A stretch of DNA of 64,000 nt, taken from positions 68,944,001 through 69,008,000 of the forward strand of contig OX597833.1 of assembly GCA_951406725.2 (NCBI GenBank), in the 5' to 3' direction. The DNA is from Octopus vulgaris. Lineage: Eukaryota. The position numbers and the translations under genes are program-made. Positions 26,188 through 40,356 of the stretch are shown piece after piece (positions within the stretch are counted from its first letter, which is position 1; every line of letters begins with the position of its first letter). The notes below the pieces were generated by a model that searched no databases, had not been told where the DNA came from, and worked only from the letters and a program-made list of their open reading frames with translations.

Positions 26188-26328
26188 CCACCATCCCCTG
26201 CTGGAGCCTCGTTGAGCTTTTAGGTGTTTTCGCTCAATAAACACTCACAACGCCCGGTCTGGGAATCGAAACCGCGATCCTACGACCGCGAGTCCGTTTC
26301 CTTAACCACTGGGCCATTGCGCCTCCAC
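26055..26328 (-). mobile_element. family C SINE, tail type 2 (truncated twin at 25051-25184)
   Basis: TCACGTGACCGACC...CCACTGGGCCATTGCGCCTCCAC. Confidence 0.9.
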
Positions 26329-26352
26329 ACACACATATATATATATACATAC

Positions 26353-26395
<43 letters not shown>

Positions 26396-29300
26396 TGAGG
26401 ATTACATTACAAGCATTTAAGTTATGAACGTGCTGAGACAAGGGGAAACTGATGGGATTGCATTAAGGTGTTTTTAAAACTTATTTAGTTGACTGCAGAT
26501 AGTAAAATAGAATAGAAAAAGAAACAAGGAGAAAGAGAGCAAGCAAAGAGTTTTTGGATAAAAGTTCTGAATAAATTAAGAAATACAAAGTAATTTCATA
26601 TACACTAATCAACAGTGAATACTATGACCGTGATCCAAAATGTATAATAACCACACAAATAAAGTACTAATTATACATCGTGAAGGACATCTTTAAAACT
26701 TGTACATAATATACATTATACAAATTACAAAAAATTAAAGCTATGAAAATTATGCAATTGATGACAGCCTTATCGAAAATAAACAGAAATGTGTCGAAAG
26801 AAAACATGATCAATAATAATATACTACAATAGCAATGCCATTTAAAAACTTATCTTTGCCAAACTAGTATTTCTTAATGAATCCTATGGCGAACGCGAAA
26901 CATATAAGCTACAAGATAACTCGTGTAGCCACCATACAAGGATTTATCCTGATACTAATGTGCAAGGAATAAATGATGGTACTTCACTACAAAAAGCAAT
27001 TTCATTGAGAGGAAATCATTTATAGGTGTATTCGAAGGAAATTCCCTACAAAAGAAATGAAATATATAATAGAGCAGAGGAGGTTCGAACGCAAAACAGT
27101 GCAAATAAAATGAAAAATACGACATATACTGCTCACAAATAAACGGTTGGGTTTACATATCATTTGGTATTGCCTACAATAAATGCTTTCCCATTAAGAT
27201 AGAATGTACAAATATCACTTCATCTGGAAGATGAGACAACGAAGCACTATTAATGGTTGCTGATTAATTTTGGAACATTTATTTTGCAAACAAAGGAACA
27301 CTTAGAAAATTATTAAAAACAACTTCACTACATATGGTTGGGCAGGCATTACATTCATACGTAGATACAAATTCTTTTTACACACGCGTTATTCTATGCA
27401 ACGTATTGTATAAAAACCGAAGCTACTTGTCAGAAAATTAGAGAGCAGCCAGAGGATACTCTTTCAAATGAATCCGCAAACAAATGTGCTTCATTGGCAT
27501 TCCATAGAAATATGAAAGTTATTTTCTGAATATGAAAGTTAAAGCAGGATGAGAACGAAAAACAATGCAATGGAAATTACAATTGTTAGAAGAATTAACA
27601 AGATCTTACCTTAAGGGATGAAATAAAATTTCATTCACAATGAGAAAGATAGCATTCAAATTATGGATATGTTTCAACAAAGATTCAAATAGTTGAAACA
27701 AAATAATGCTATTAAATTGTACTCAAAAAGGGTTTCCTGGTAATTAAGCAAAAATTATATAATTTTCCAATCGCTCGGACAAAGAAGTTATTTAACATTT
27801 TGTGAAACATTTTTGAAGTAGGAAAAACACAAAAACTACAAATGCTATGAAAACTGTTACAGAAGAATTTCCTGGTAATTAGAGAAATCTATTTAATTAG
27901 TCAGTCCTTCTAAACGAAATATGCCGAGTAAGAAAAACTGAAATAATTCACTGGATAAAGCAAAATGAAACTTAATAATTTTCGATTAACGCAGATGCAG
28001 ATGTGTGATTTAAATATGTGCTCAGCTGAAATATAGACTGAGTGCCGTTCTACAGTAACATTCGCTTCATCGAAGAGTTTGCAATGAAAACGGTTGGAGA
28101 GAAAGTGAAATTTCCTTGGAGGAACAGCAAGTTGTCTGTTAAAATAATTGTCACTTGACCGCAGAAATAAAGCCTTCAATGTCATTCGGACGAGTCATGC
28201 ATGCTAACCTGATTTCCGTCTGACTACGCGAAACATTGCAACACAGAGAGCTATGCTAAAGGAGAATGGTAAATAAAGATCTAAAATGAAATAAACAACT
28301 AATATATATATATATATATACTTAATTTTAATTCTGCATAAGATTTATATTTCATGAATAATCACATTATTTTATGCTTTTAAAATTCCATACTTATGTT
28401 TTATACACTTGGCATTCGCTTTGGGCATGTCTCTTCAACACGATCCCTAGCCTCATGTCACTTAAAATGGCCGTTACAGTATAAAGAGTGTAACACGTTG
28501 ATAGAAGATGGACATATATTTTTATGCCAGTAATATTTTTATACTAAGATTTTTGATGCTGGTACATTCGTTGGGTGACTTAGGATGACTTACCTTTCAC
28601 CAATAAGCGCATCATTATTCATAGTAATTGTAGAAATATTGTATCATTTGGTATTATGGCCAAGAATTACAGTTCTCTTCGATGCAAGTTTACCAAACAC
28701 ATACACCTTATTATCTGCCTTTATCCCCGTGAAACTAGAAGCAATTTCCTTGTTTAAAAATCGATAATTAAGTTTTTTTCCGCTCCAAATAGTGATGATG
28801 TGTGAATTGAAATAATATTGATAAAGAAAACCTGCTTCCTGGAATACTGTATAATTAGAGAAAATATTCAGTTATGATAATGAATTAAATAATCGACTTT
28901 TGTTGACGATCAGCTACTATAAAGCTTTGATTTCGATGAAGGTTTCTTTAATTGTTGTGAAAGTTTGAGAAAAGAAAACAAACAATGGGTCTCGCTGACA
29001 AGTTTGTATTTAATTCAGTTTATCGAGCTTTATGCTTTTCCAAATGATTGAGTTGAATATCTAATAAAATATATTAAATCTCTTTATCATTTGGTAATAA
29101 ATAAGGAAGGGTTTGAGCAATTATTTAAACATATTAGATCCATTTATCGTTTGTATTCAGATAACATATAAAGGCTTTATTTTTCATCAAGGAAAACTCA
29201 CTTTTTTCGAAAGGAAACATTTTCAGTTTTGAATCCCTTTGAAGCGAGGCCTCTTGATTCCCTTTGAAGTGCTACATAAGGATACAATCCATGACAAGCA

Positions 29301-30754
29301 GAATAATATTAGAGATATGGATCAATAGAGAAGCATAATTTATGATTAATTATAATAGGTTTCAGTAAAATATAAATGATCAAAACATAGAAAATGATAT
29401 TTTAATATTACATTTAATAATTCTTCATCGTAAGATCCTATCAGCCATTAAGACAGAAATATTAAATTTAGTTTTATCATTAATTCGTCATTTAATTATA
29501 TTTCAAGTATCATCATTTCCGTTGTTCAACCACGACCTCTTCACCGATATTCAACTTCACTGCAATAAATCAAATCCCAGCTATAGAATGGCTACATTGC
29601 AATAATCTAGCAACACTATTAAAGAGCCCTAAAATCATAAAATGCTCATCTATTTATTCAACCATTACGATACTTCAAAAGTATGTAACCCAATAACAAG
29701 GAAAACCACGTTATGGCTTCCGTTTATTTGCGTCGTACATATTTTTTTTATCTTCATTACTCATCGTCGTCTTTCATTACTAGGGCAGGCTTCTAATTCA
29801 TAAAGCCACAGCTAAGGATTCCCACAAATCCGCCTCATCGTCTTCAAAACGCAAGAGCCATTTACATAATGTCCTGTCTGGCGCTTGCTTTCTCTAGACT
29901 CTATAAACTATGCTGAAGTACACATGTTGACTGTCGTTTATCTTTGTATATATTCTGATATATAGCTTCTGTGTAAGTATCTATTCGTATGTGAATCAAC
30001 ACATGATAACAGCCACACTATTATCAATTAATTATTATTATTTCGATGAAAAAATATTACATATTCATAGCCTACTTTGGAATGCACTAGCAGATATACA
30101 CAACTCTACTTCACCCATTTTATAATAAATTCCGGTCCCGTGATCGTCTAAATATGTGTAGAAATTAAATCCGTATAAGAAATTTGAATCCAGAGCAGAC
30201 ATGCATTGTTACTTTATTTATTGAATTTTAAAGCACATCATTTAGAACTCAATGGGACTTGAACACAGACAGCTTAAACCTAAACAATCAGAGCTAAAAT
30301 CTCATCAACAAACAGAGCATCAGATTGTATTTAGGGCAGGAACTATAACCAGTTTGTTACAATTTCAGATAAAATAGAAATAGAAGAACGGTGAGTATTT
30401 TTATGGTGGGATTTCTATTTCAATTAAAATCTTAAATGTTAAGTCATAATTGGATACATGTGTCTAGAGAGAGAACGCTAAACATTTGGAGAATAGCTGA
30501 TGCTTGTTACCTCAAATGACTGACGAATAACTGTGTGGATAAACGTGAACTGTTAAGAAACCCGCATCATATTGTTGATCAGGTAAACTGATAAAGTTTG
30601 CTTCCAGAGTCCATGTGAATTCTGTTAAGTAGGTCCATGTGTTTAGGTAGAGTAATCAAAGTTAAATCGTCAAGAACAGACTGAGTGTAGTATTTTACTT
30701 CCCTTTTATTATTGGATTGGGTGTGTCATTACGCCAGGAATATCACCACACGTA

Positions 30755-31128
30755 GGGCGGCGAGCTGGCAGAAGCGTTAGCACGCAGAGTGAAATGCGTA
30801 GCTGTATTTCGTCTGCCGTTACGTTCTGAGTTCAAATTCCGCCGAGGTCGACTTTGTCTTTCATCCTTTCGGGGTCGATAAATTAAGTACCAGTTCCACA
30901 CTGGGGTCAATGTAATCGACTTAATCCGTCTGTCCGTCCTTGTTTGTCCCTTTGTGTTTAGGTATTTCGTCTGCCTTTACGTTCCGAGTTTAAATTCTGC
31001 CGATGTCCGCTTTGCCTTTCATCAGTTCGGGGTCGAAAATTTAAGTACCAGTTGTGTACTGGTTTCGATCTAATCGACTGGCTCCCTCCCCTAAAATGTC
31101 GGGCCTTGTGCCAAGATTAGAAACGAAT
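30755..31128 (+). mobile_element. family A SINE dimer/nested pair
   Basis: Near-full copy 30755-30960 followed by headless variant copy 30961-31128. Confidence 0.8.
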
Positions 31129-31335
31129 AATACCACAAACGCCCTGATTCAATAACACATCATTATTATTAATCAAATTAGTGAAATACTTATCCCATCA
31201 ACAATTAACGTGCTGGTTAAGCAATAAATAGGTTGTTTGTTTGTCAAAGTCCTTCAACTGCCAAGTTTTATTTATTGTTTTATTATTTATTGTTATTTAT
31301 TTATTAAGTTTTATTTACTTATTATTGATATAAGT

Positions 31336-31750
31336 AGGAGCAGGAGAGGCTGCGTGGTAAGTAGCTTGTCTACCAACTACATGGTTCCGGGTTCAGTCCC
31401 ACTGCATGGCACCATGGGCAAGTGTCTTCTACTATAGCCTCGGGCCGACCAAAGCCTTGTGAGTGGATTTGGTAGACGGAAACTGAAAGAAGCCCGTCGC
31501 ATATATGTATATATATATATATGTATATGTGTGTGTGTGTGTGTGTTTGTGTGTCTGTCCCCCAACATTTCTTGACAACCGATGCTGGTGTGTTTATGTC
31601 CCCGTTACTTAGCGGTTCGGCAAAAGAGACCGATAGAATAAGTACTGGGCTTACAAAAGAATAAGTCCCGGAGTCGATTTGCTCGATTAAAGGCGGTGCT
31701 CCAGCATGGCCGCAGTCAAATGACTGAAACAAGTAAAAGAGTAAAAGAGA
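31336..31750 (+). mobile_element. family B SINE
   Basis: Full-length match to 3042-3458. Confidence 0.9.
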
Positions 31751-31934
31751 TATAAGAAATTACTGGTTTGTTCTTCAGTTTTACATCGAGCTACAAATTA
31801 TTTACATTTTGGTTTAACCAGCTAGAAATAGTAAATAAATGTTTCTGAAATATTGCGCTATTCGTCTGAGAAGGAAACATTTCCGATAATATAGTGATAT
31901 GTTCATCGTCCATAGTACAAAAAACTGAGGTTAC

Positions 31935-32269
31935 TGAGACCCACTTCGGTCATGGCTGACCGTAGGATTGCACCTGGAAAGTTACCCTCCCAGGCACAAG
32001 TCCGGGCAAGGTTGTTTATGGAAGACCAGCAGTCGCCCATGCATACCGGCCTCCCCTCTCTACGCCACCAGTGTTATCCAAGGGAAAGACAAAGGTCGAT
32101 ACAGCTTGGCACCTGTGTTGTCGAAACTCATTTCTACAGCTAGGTGAACTGGAGCAACGTGAAATAAAGTGTCCTTGCTCAAGAACACAACACGCAGCCC
32201 GGTCCGGGATTCAAACTCACGACCTCACGATCGTAAGCTCGACGCTCTAACCACTGAGCCATGCGCCTT
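31935..32269 (-). mobile_element. family D SINE (V-domain-like) with distinct tail
   Basis: Minus strand GGCGCATGGCTCAGTGGTTAGAGCGTCG...GTGTTCTTGAGCAAGGACAC...GGTGCCAAGCTGTATCGACC. Confidence 0.85.
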
Positions 32270-33571
32270 GAAATAACAAAAACAGCAGATGTGATGACCT
32301 CGATCGAAATGCATTTGATCACATTTTAACTCAACGACAAACATTCCGTTCTCGGAAAAAGTGGAGGACTGTAAACGATGGATCGAATCGTTACGAATTA
32401 ACAGCCAAATACCACTCATACTGCATTAAGGAAGGAAAGATCCCATTAAGTAAATTAGAGTTCTTGATAACCTTAAAAGGGACACGGAGGTTACTCTTTA
32501 AAATTACATCTCTGACAGTGACTACTTGAGGCTAAACGATAAGTACAGCTTCACGATCTAACTTCATTGAAGCAATAATTTACTTTGTAAATTAACTACG
32601 ACTTTTAATGTACAATGATTTGAACGAAATATCCAAAAGAATACGCTGAGAAGAAAAAGACACACAGCGATGTACATTCCGTTTGGTTTTTTCAGCGCTG
32701 AACGTAAAGCAAACTGTCATTTGATGACATGGAATTGAAAAATCCTTTCAAATTATCTAGTGCGCGATACCGCTGAATATAATAATTAATTAATTGCCTT
32801 TGAGGAAATGTTTCTTGCGTTCTTGTGACTTTTACCAAAGATTGCTTCATTTATTTTCACTAGCAGCAGCAGCAATGGCTGGAGTAATTACTTTGATGCT
32901 GTGTTGCATTTTACTTTCCTTCAACTACAAGAATCAGGAAATTTATATTTCAATGCATCAGTTTTACGTAGAATCTTCCCTAAACTTTAAAATTCTCTTC
33001 TTTTCATTCTCTTTCTTTTCCCATCGTATAACAGAAATGTCTCTATATTATAATAACTACATTTCTATGAAACAAAATAAATTTTCAGCATCAATAGTAC
33101 TTTCTAAATTTATCGAAGCACCACATATTAACTGAAAGCTAGAAGGCGTGTAATCGTCTAAAGAGACTACAGAATTTGACTAATTGGAACTGTATTATAT
33201 GGAGCCAAGAATCAAGAAAGGTAAATTAGAAATTATATTTTCAATCAGAATCTGAAAGAAGATAAATACAATTTTTCCATCAATAACGTTACCGATTGTC
33301 TAATGTCTAACTTTATGAACATCAATGTTGGTAAAAGAATTTCTGTATGATATTAGCAACTAAATATCGCACCCGATACCTATAACGAAATGGTTGAGAT
33401 ATATCGATAAATGTAACCTGGCAAAGCCCGATGGAATAGGCGCCAAATTGTTACAATGAGAGCTTTGAATTAAAAGATGGAAGGAAATATTGTAGGTTGA
33501 AGAAAATAAAAACGAAATTATTTATACCGAGCTTCATAAGGTGCATTTGGCATATTACTAACGTAAAGCAT

Positions 33572-33611
<40 letters not shown>

Positions 33612-33616
<5 letters not shown>

Positions 33617-33775
33617 GAGAGTTTACGAAAAAAACAAGAGACGAAGACAGGTGTTGTACAAAACAAACCTATGTATTAGTATAACGCTCAGGAATAGAAA
33701 AGTATCTTACGTTTCGAGCCTATGCGCTTCTACAGAAAGGGACACAGAGACAAAGGAGACAAAAAAAGGAGAGTA
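33612..33775 (-). mobile_element. short TA-embedded element with hammerhead-like motif (relatives at 16615-16737 and 23738-23820)
   Basis: Shared TATTAGTATAACGCTC(A/G)GGAA; minus strand CTGTAGAAGCGCATAGGCTCGAAACGTA. Confidence 0.6.
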
Positions 33776-33799
33776 TATATATATATATACCCTGTGCAT

Positions 33800-34045
33800 T
33801 CCACTTCTCCCCATTGCCTAATAGGATATCTATAGCAGTGCAAAGGGTTTGGGGTTAAATTATTCCTATCAGTGATTTAGTATTCGTTTCAATGAGACTA
33901 ATCAAGCTCTCCTCAACTTCAAGTCGGTAATAATTGCTACTAATAACAAGGGATCTGAGACAACCGCATGAAAGGTTATGCCGTCGGCAACTCAATTGGC
34001 TCCACCATAACACTTGGAGAAATGCTTCAAGAGAAACCACAGACT
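33800..34045 (-). mobile_element. possible decayed PLE GIY-YIG C-terminal fragment
   Basis: ISSNYYRLEVEESLI...KSL resembles the L..ESL.I....P.LN end of PLE endonucleases. Confidence 0.4.
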
Positions 34046-34214
34046 AGTCATCACAATGTCTGAGGATAATGTGATATTATCTGGGATTAAAGGCGGAGAT
34101 ACAGAAATACAAGGGTCGGTGAAAGAGCATGAAGCTGCAGGCTGATATCAGAGTGATGAACACCTATATATGCATACATATGTGGTGGGAGGGGCATGCG
34201 TGCATGTATGTGAG

Positions 34215-34265
<51 letters not shown>

Positions 34266-34429
34266 ACTTTATTTAAAGCAGCAGAAAATTCAACAAAACC
34301 TCGGCAACGGGAAACTCAGAGTAACAGGTTTTGTTAAATTTTCTGCTGCTTTAAATAAAGCATATTACTCTACCACTTGTATTTGAGTACTCTTTTTTCC
34401 ACCTTGTTTCTCATTTATGTGTTTACTCC

Positions 34430-34471
<42 letters not shown>

Positions 34472-34476
<5 letters not shown>

Positions 34477-34811
34477 CTTTTACTTGCACCCTTGCTGGAG
34501 TACCACCTATAGTCGAACACATCGACAGCAGGACTTATTCTGTGTGAGCCTAATGCTTTTTCTAGCGTTCACATTTGCCGAATCGGTAAGATACAGTGAC
34601 CTGAATACACCAACATCGGTTGTCAAGTGATGGTGGGGGGACAAACGCAGACACACACATCTATATATATATATATACATACATCTATATATATATATAT
34701 ACATATACACACATCTATATATACATACATATACACATATCTATATATATATATATATATATACACACATCTATATATATATATATATACACACACATCT
34801 ATGTGTATATG

Positions 34812-34843
<32 letters not shown>

Positions 34844-35020
34844 TCTATATATATATATTTATATAAGTGGCTGTGTGGTAAGTAGCTTGCTTACCAACCA
34901 AACAGCTGTGGGTTCAGTCCCACTGCGTGGGACCTTGGGCAAGTGTTTTCTGCTATAATCTCGGGTCGACCAAAGCCTTGTGAGTGGATTAGGCAGAGGG
35001 AAACTGAAAGAAGCCCGTCG
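34472..35020. mobile_element. family B halves in opposite orientation
   Basis: 3' half on minus strand (34472-34655), 5' half on plus strand (34866-35020), microsatellite between. Confidence 0.8.
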
Positions 35021-35021
35021 T

Positions 35022-35067
<46 letters not shown>

Positions 35068-37097
35068 AGGGAGATATAACAGAGTGACGCTGTAGCAGGA
35101 TGGTGCTATGCTAAGAGAAGTAACGCTTAGCTAGGAGGAGGTTATATTTGGTGGGTGGGGGGTAGCGATATATCGATGGAGAAACCAAGGGCAAAGAGTG
35201 AAAGATGGTAGAATTGAGAAATGAGGAGAAAACCGTGGAGGTTTGAAAAAAGTTAAAATTGCGAACTTAAAAAATTGAAAAATGGAAAACGAAAACAGAA
35301 AAATATTTTAAAAACTATGTGAAAAAAAATTTTAATTAGTAAATGAAATGAAAATATGGCGAAAAACTCAGGTATAAATATGAATATATTTATATGAACA
35401 GCGAACAGGTGTTTAAAATTCCTCGTTTGAGAAAATCCAGGATCGGATAATTTTTTTTTCCTCGAATTTTCGAAGATCAAAGGTTTCGAATTCTTAAAAG
35501 GTCTACCGGTTTGAGTGAGTAAGTAAATGAGAGTGAGAGAGATACAACGATAGATCGAGAGGCAAACAGAGAATGAGGACGATAAGAGGTACAAAAATTA
35601 TACGTTATGATGTTTAGCAGTTTATGAGATGCAGATGATAAATAGATAGATAGATACATAAAAATGTATGAATATATACATATATATATATATAATCAAA
35701 ATAAGCAACAAGAATGACTCCGGTAATCTGGTGCGATCGTTTCGTACTACATCATTTTATTAAATGTTGTAAGTATTACAACAGCTTTAAAATGCTGGGT
35801 ACTCATATATATATATATATATATATTGATTAAAGCGGTAAGATAACAAAAGAAAGATATCTCGATAATATGTAAATAGAGGAATTTATCTCTAAATATA
35901 GTATATAGCAATATTAGGTAGCCAAGATAAAACTCCGAGTTTCGGATGCCGAGGCGGAAATACACACCACCATCTCTCCAGTTATCTAGCCATCGGAAAA
36001 ATGCTATGTAACATTATATATATATCATGTTATATATGTGTGTATGTGTGTGTATATATATATGTGTGTGCTGTGTGTGTGCACAAACAAATAAATGAAA
36101 CAATTATTTACTGCATTTACCGTTTCGTCATAATTAATTTGATTTTACACCAACACTAACAATCTTTCTTGAAGTAATCTCTTCTGCTGTCTTTTCTGCG
36201 ACTCATAAATTTATTTCACCACTGTTTATAAATATTTTTATCTCCAGAAATTCTGTTGAGAACATCCTGGTTATCATCCACACTAAAATATATTTACCAA
36301 CAGAGTAAATCGTAATATCTTACCTTCGAGATAAGTCGAATTACCTTCGCTATCTCCATGAAAATTTCTATTGAGATATATTCGTTGCATTAAATAGATA
36401 AACATACGAAAATCTTTTTCTAGAATTTATTCTGTGCTTTGATGTATTTTAAGGGTTGTGATTTTTGTTGTTTTTGTTATTACTTGAAACTCATCAAAAT
36501 TCGTTTCTTAACGGTTATGCTATTCAATTATTCAAAGACTTATCTGGTTTTATGCGAAACAGAATGCGAACAAAACAGCGCTAATTGCGTTATTTCCTGT
36601 TATCAATCATCGTTGCTTTGAAAATGTACACAAGATCTCAGACTTAACTTACAAAAATCAACTGAAACAATAAATTGGCTAAATATATGAATTGTTCTTG
36701 CAATTCGTAAGAATTCCTGATTTCAGATACGATAGTATGGCGTAGCGAAATAGAAAATTTGATGTTGGAGATTGACCTTTCGTCTGATAAATAGAAAAGT
36801 AGTTTTTCAAATGGGTATTCTCAAACAAAAAGGTCAAAACCAATGCGTCTTGTTTGTCTTCATATCATGGAATATAAACTTCTACGAAGAACTATACCTA
36901 ATCATTCTTCTTTGTGGCAGCCACCGTCAGTTTCAATGAATTCCGATTAGTTTTAAGAAATGTCTAAGAGATAAATATAAATCATTTAAACGTCATTTTA
37001 AACAGCGTTTAAAAATAAATATGTCAGAGAATTTCCCATATCAAACTTTGTAAGATAGTATGACGATCATATAAAAATACTTTTTCTACGATATACT

Positions 37098-37482
37098 CTA
37101 CTCTTTTACATGTTTCAGTCATTTGACTGCGGCCATGCTGGTGCACCGCCTTTAGTCGAGAAAATCGACCCCGGGACTTATTCTTTGTAAGCACAGTACT
37201 TATTCTATCGGTCTCTTTTGCCGAACAGCTAAGTGACGGGGACGTGAACACACCAGCATCGGTTGTCAAGCAATGCTAGGAGTACAAACACAGACACACA
37301 AACACATACATACATATACGACGGGCTTCTTTCAGTTTCCGTCTACCAAATCCACTCACTAGGCATTGATCGGCCCGGGGCTATAGCAGAAGACACTTGC
37401 CCAAGATGCCACGCAGTGGGACTGAACCCGGAACCATGTGGTTGGTTAGAAAGCTACTTACCACACAGCCACTCCTGCGTCT
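37098..37482 (-). mobile_element. family B SINE
   Basis: Full-length reverse complement. Confidence 0.9.
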
Positions 37483-37656
37483 ATGAGTAAAAAGTTTGTG
37501 AAACTGTTGCATTATGAGAAATATCATTGCTCATCTCGCGAACATAACACCAGAACGTAAATAGAGTGTAAATATCAAATGATATTACAAATATAATTTA
37601 GCCATTACTTTGTCCAAATCATATTGAGGAGTAACTTGCGAATTTTGAAAGCAATA

Positions 37657-37815
37657 TTAGTTAGTTAGTTAGTTAATTTTTTGGCTCAAAAAAGTAAAAA
37701 GCAAAGCTATGTAGGGGGACATGGAGTTATGTACAGGGTGGTGTTCATGTAAAGAGTTCAGGCCACTTGAGGTCAAGGGAGACGTTGAACCGAGCCGTCG
37801 TCGGCATCTTCACCA
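37657..37815 (-). mobile_element. LINE 3' end with (TAAC)n tail (possibly L1/Tx1-like)
   Basis: TTAGTTAGTTAGTTAGTTA abutting a GC-richer unique segment; clade assignment from recall only. Confidence 0.4.
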
Positions 37816-38826
37816 TATTCACCAATATTGTGCATGCATTACTCACAGTAGTAAATATTACATGTCAAACATATTCACTGCTTCTGTGAGTAATGTAGGT
37901 CGTGGTTGACGGCGTTGTTTGAGAGTTTAATAGGAAAGTTTGGAACGATCAGCTTAGGAGACAATTTTACTGTTTTATAACATACAGGAGTAAAGGTCTG
38001 GGTAACTTAACTGTCTCTTATTGTGCATTCAAGTTAATGGTTTAGGGTTAGAAAGAAGGAAAAAGAAAGAGTCTAGTCTGTGCATAAGAAAAGAAAGAGT
38101 CTAGTGTGTGGCAATCTTCAATGGGGCTTCTGCCGTAAAATACCATAGCCAGATGAAAGTTTAGATATGAGCTTTTTCTGTCGTTCACAAACGTTTTTAC
38201 ACAGAAAGGAAGTTTCACTTTAACCCTTAGGTAACAATAGGCACAAAATGTATTGAAATTTCAAGTTTTGGAGAAAGTGGTCGTTAACCTTACTACTGCA
38301 AGAGAAAGCAGAATATCCTTGTGCATGTGTGTTTAGGCATAGTGTCAAATCTATCCCAAATGTGTAGATAAAACCAATGCAGAATCCCGTAGAATGCTCG
38401 ACACAAACGTCACAATATTGGATTTAACTGGATTACTGGTTAAATACCTATACACTCTGTGCTGTTAAAACTTTGTTACAAGCAACTGGTGTATCTCAGT
38501 ACCCGAGTTAAATTTAACTTATCCCAACCAGGGGCCCTACAGAAAGAGACAGTGATGCTTTCTTAGTTCCTCTATGTCGTATAATGTACAGTAACTCTGT
38601 TTGCAGTGAAGACGTTTATCTTTATTTCACTCCTTCTTACACAACTCACAACTACAAAAGAGTTGTATTGTTATTGACCAGAGTGCCAATACATTTAAGG
38701 GACGATTCCATAATCTAAGCTTCGATGCATCTTAGTAATTTCAGTTAATATTGAAACAGAAACGTAGCATGCCTCATTACCTTTTTTTTCCAATCAATAA
38801 ACATGAATTATTGATATATACATATA

Positions 38827-38869
<43 letters not shown>

Positions 38870-40136
38870 AAAGTTCTTGGTGGCATTTATATGACGCTGT
38901 TTTGTTAAGTTTGAAAGCAAAATTGTTTTACGTAAATAGAGAACAAGGAAAGTTAAAGAAAAAAATCGTCCAAATATAAGTTAGATGTTTGCTAAAGATT
39001 AACATTTCAATCTCTAGCAAGAGGAAGCCATTTATGTAAAGCATTTATATGATACAATTTATAAACATATTTATAGTTGCTTTGCAAGTCTTAAACAAGT
39101 GTGCTTTCTAGTAAGCAAATAAAAAAAAACACAAATGAAAAATAAGATTTCTTCTTCGAAAATCCATCATCTATGAATGGATGGATCGCACATGATAAGA
39201 AGTAAAACGAAGAGATTTAATCCCCTACCGAAACCATTATCTTCACGCTTTATTCTCCGTGTTACGTTACATTGCTAAACTAAAACTCAAATATCAATTC
39301 TCAGAGCAAACGTAATGCTGGTATTGGAACTGTGACAGAAGCAGACAAAGGAAGATATAAGAATGCATTAAATGGCACTAAGACCGTATTAAGTGATATC
39401 AATGACGGACTAATGTAGTATCAGATTGCTAAAAAGGAAGCGATGTTTTGATCTTGGTGGAAAAGAAAGGGTAACAACAGAACAGATTTAGATGTTTATG
39501 AATGGTCGCTCTTCTCGTCACAGTTTTTCACGATAACAAATTTACATTACATAAGGTAGCTGGATAGAGATGTTATATGGCTGCAGCGCCTTTCAGCATA
39601 CGTTCTATTGATCAAGGGTTAAACAAAATCATAAAATAGCACTGTATTTTCATTTTTTATATATTGTATTCATATAACGGTGAATCTGGAAACATTTAAA
39701 CTACAATGGATAATTTTTATGGTGCTTGATGAGGCTGGAATATCCTCAAAGGCAGAACTGTTAAATATGAATAAAACTGAATTGCTATACGAGATAATGA
39801 AATATTTTACATTGGAGTTAAGATATATCTATGGAAAATTTCATACCCTTTCCATGGTGGTAAACAGTGTTACATACCAATCTACACTTCTTGCAAGAAG
39901 GTCGTGTTCGAAGTATACTTTTGTTGAGAAATGTTAAGTTTAATGAGGCCCCGACGATAGAAATACGTAAGGGTGTGGTCAGTACTATGGAAAATGATAT
40001 GTGATGCTGTAAATCGTAGTAATATTCTTTTATGAAAATGGGTGGTGAGAATGGTTATATTTTGAATGATAATACAGATTTAAACAGAACTATAAAAATG
40101 GCATACACAATGTGTTTAATCTTCTGCAAGAACTAA

Positions 40137-40301
40137 AGGCGTAGGAGTGGCTGTGTGGTAAGTAGCTTGCTTACGAACCACATGGTTCCGGGTTGGTCCC
40201 ACTGCAAGGCACCTTATGCAAGTGTCTTTTACTATAGCCTCGGGCCGACCAATGCCTTGTGAGTGGATTTGGTAGACGGAAACTGAAAGAAGCCCGTCGT
40301 A

Positions 40302-40356
<55 letters not shown>

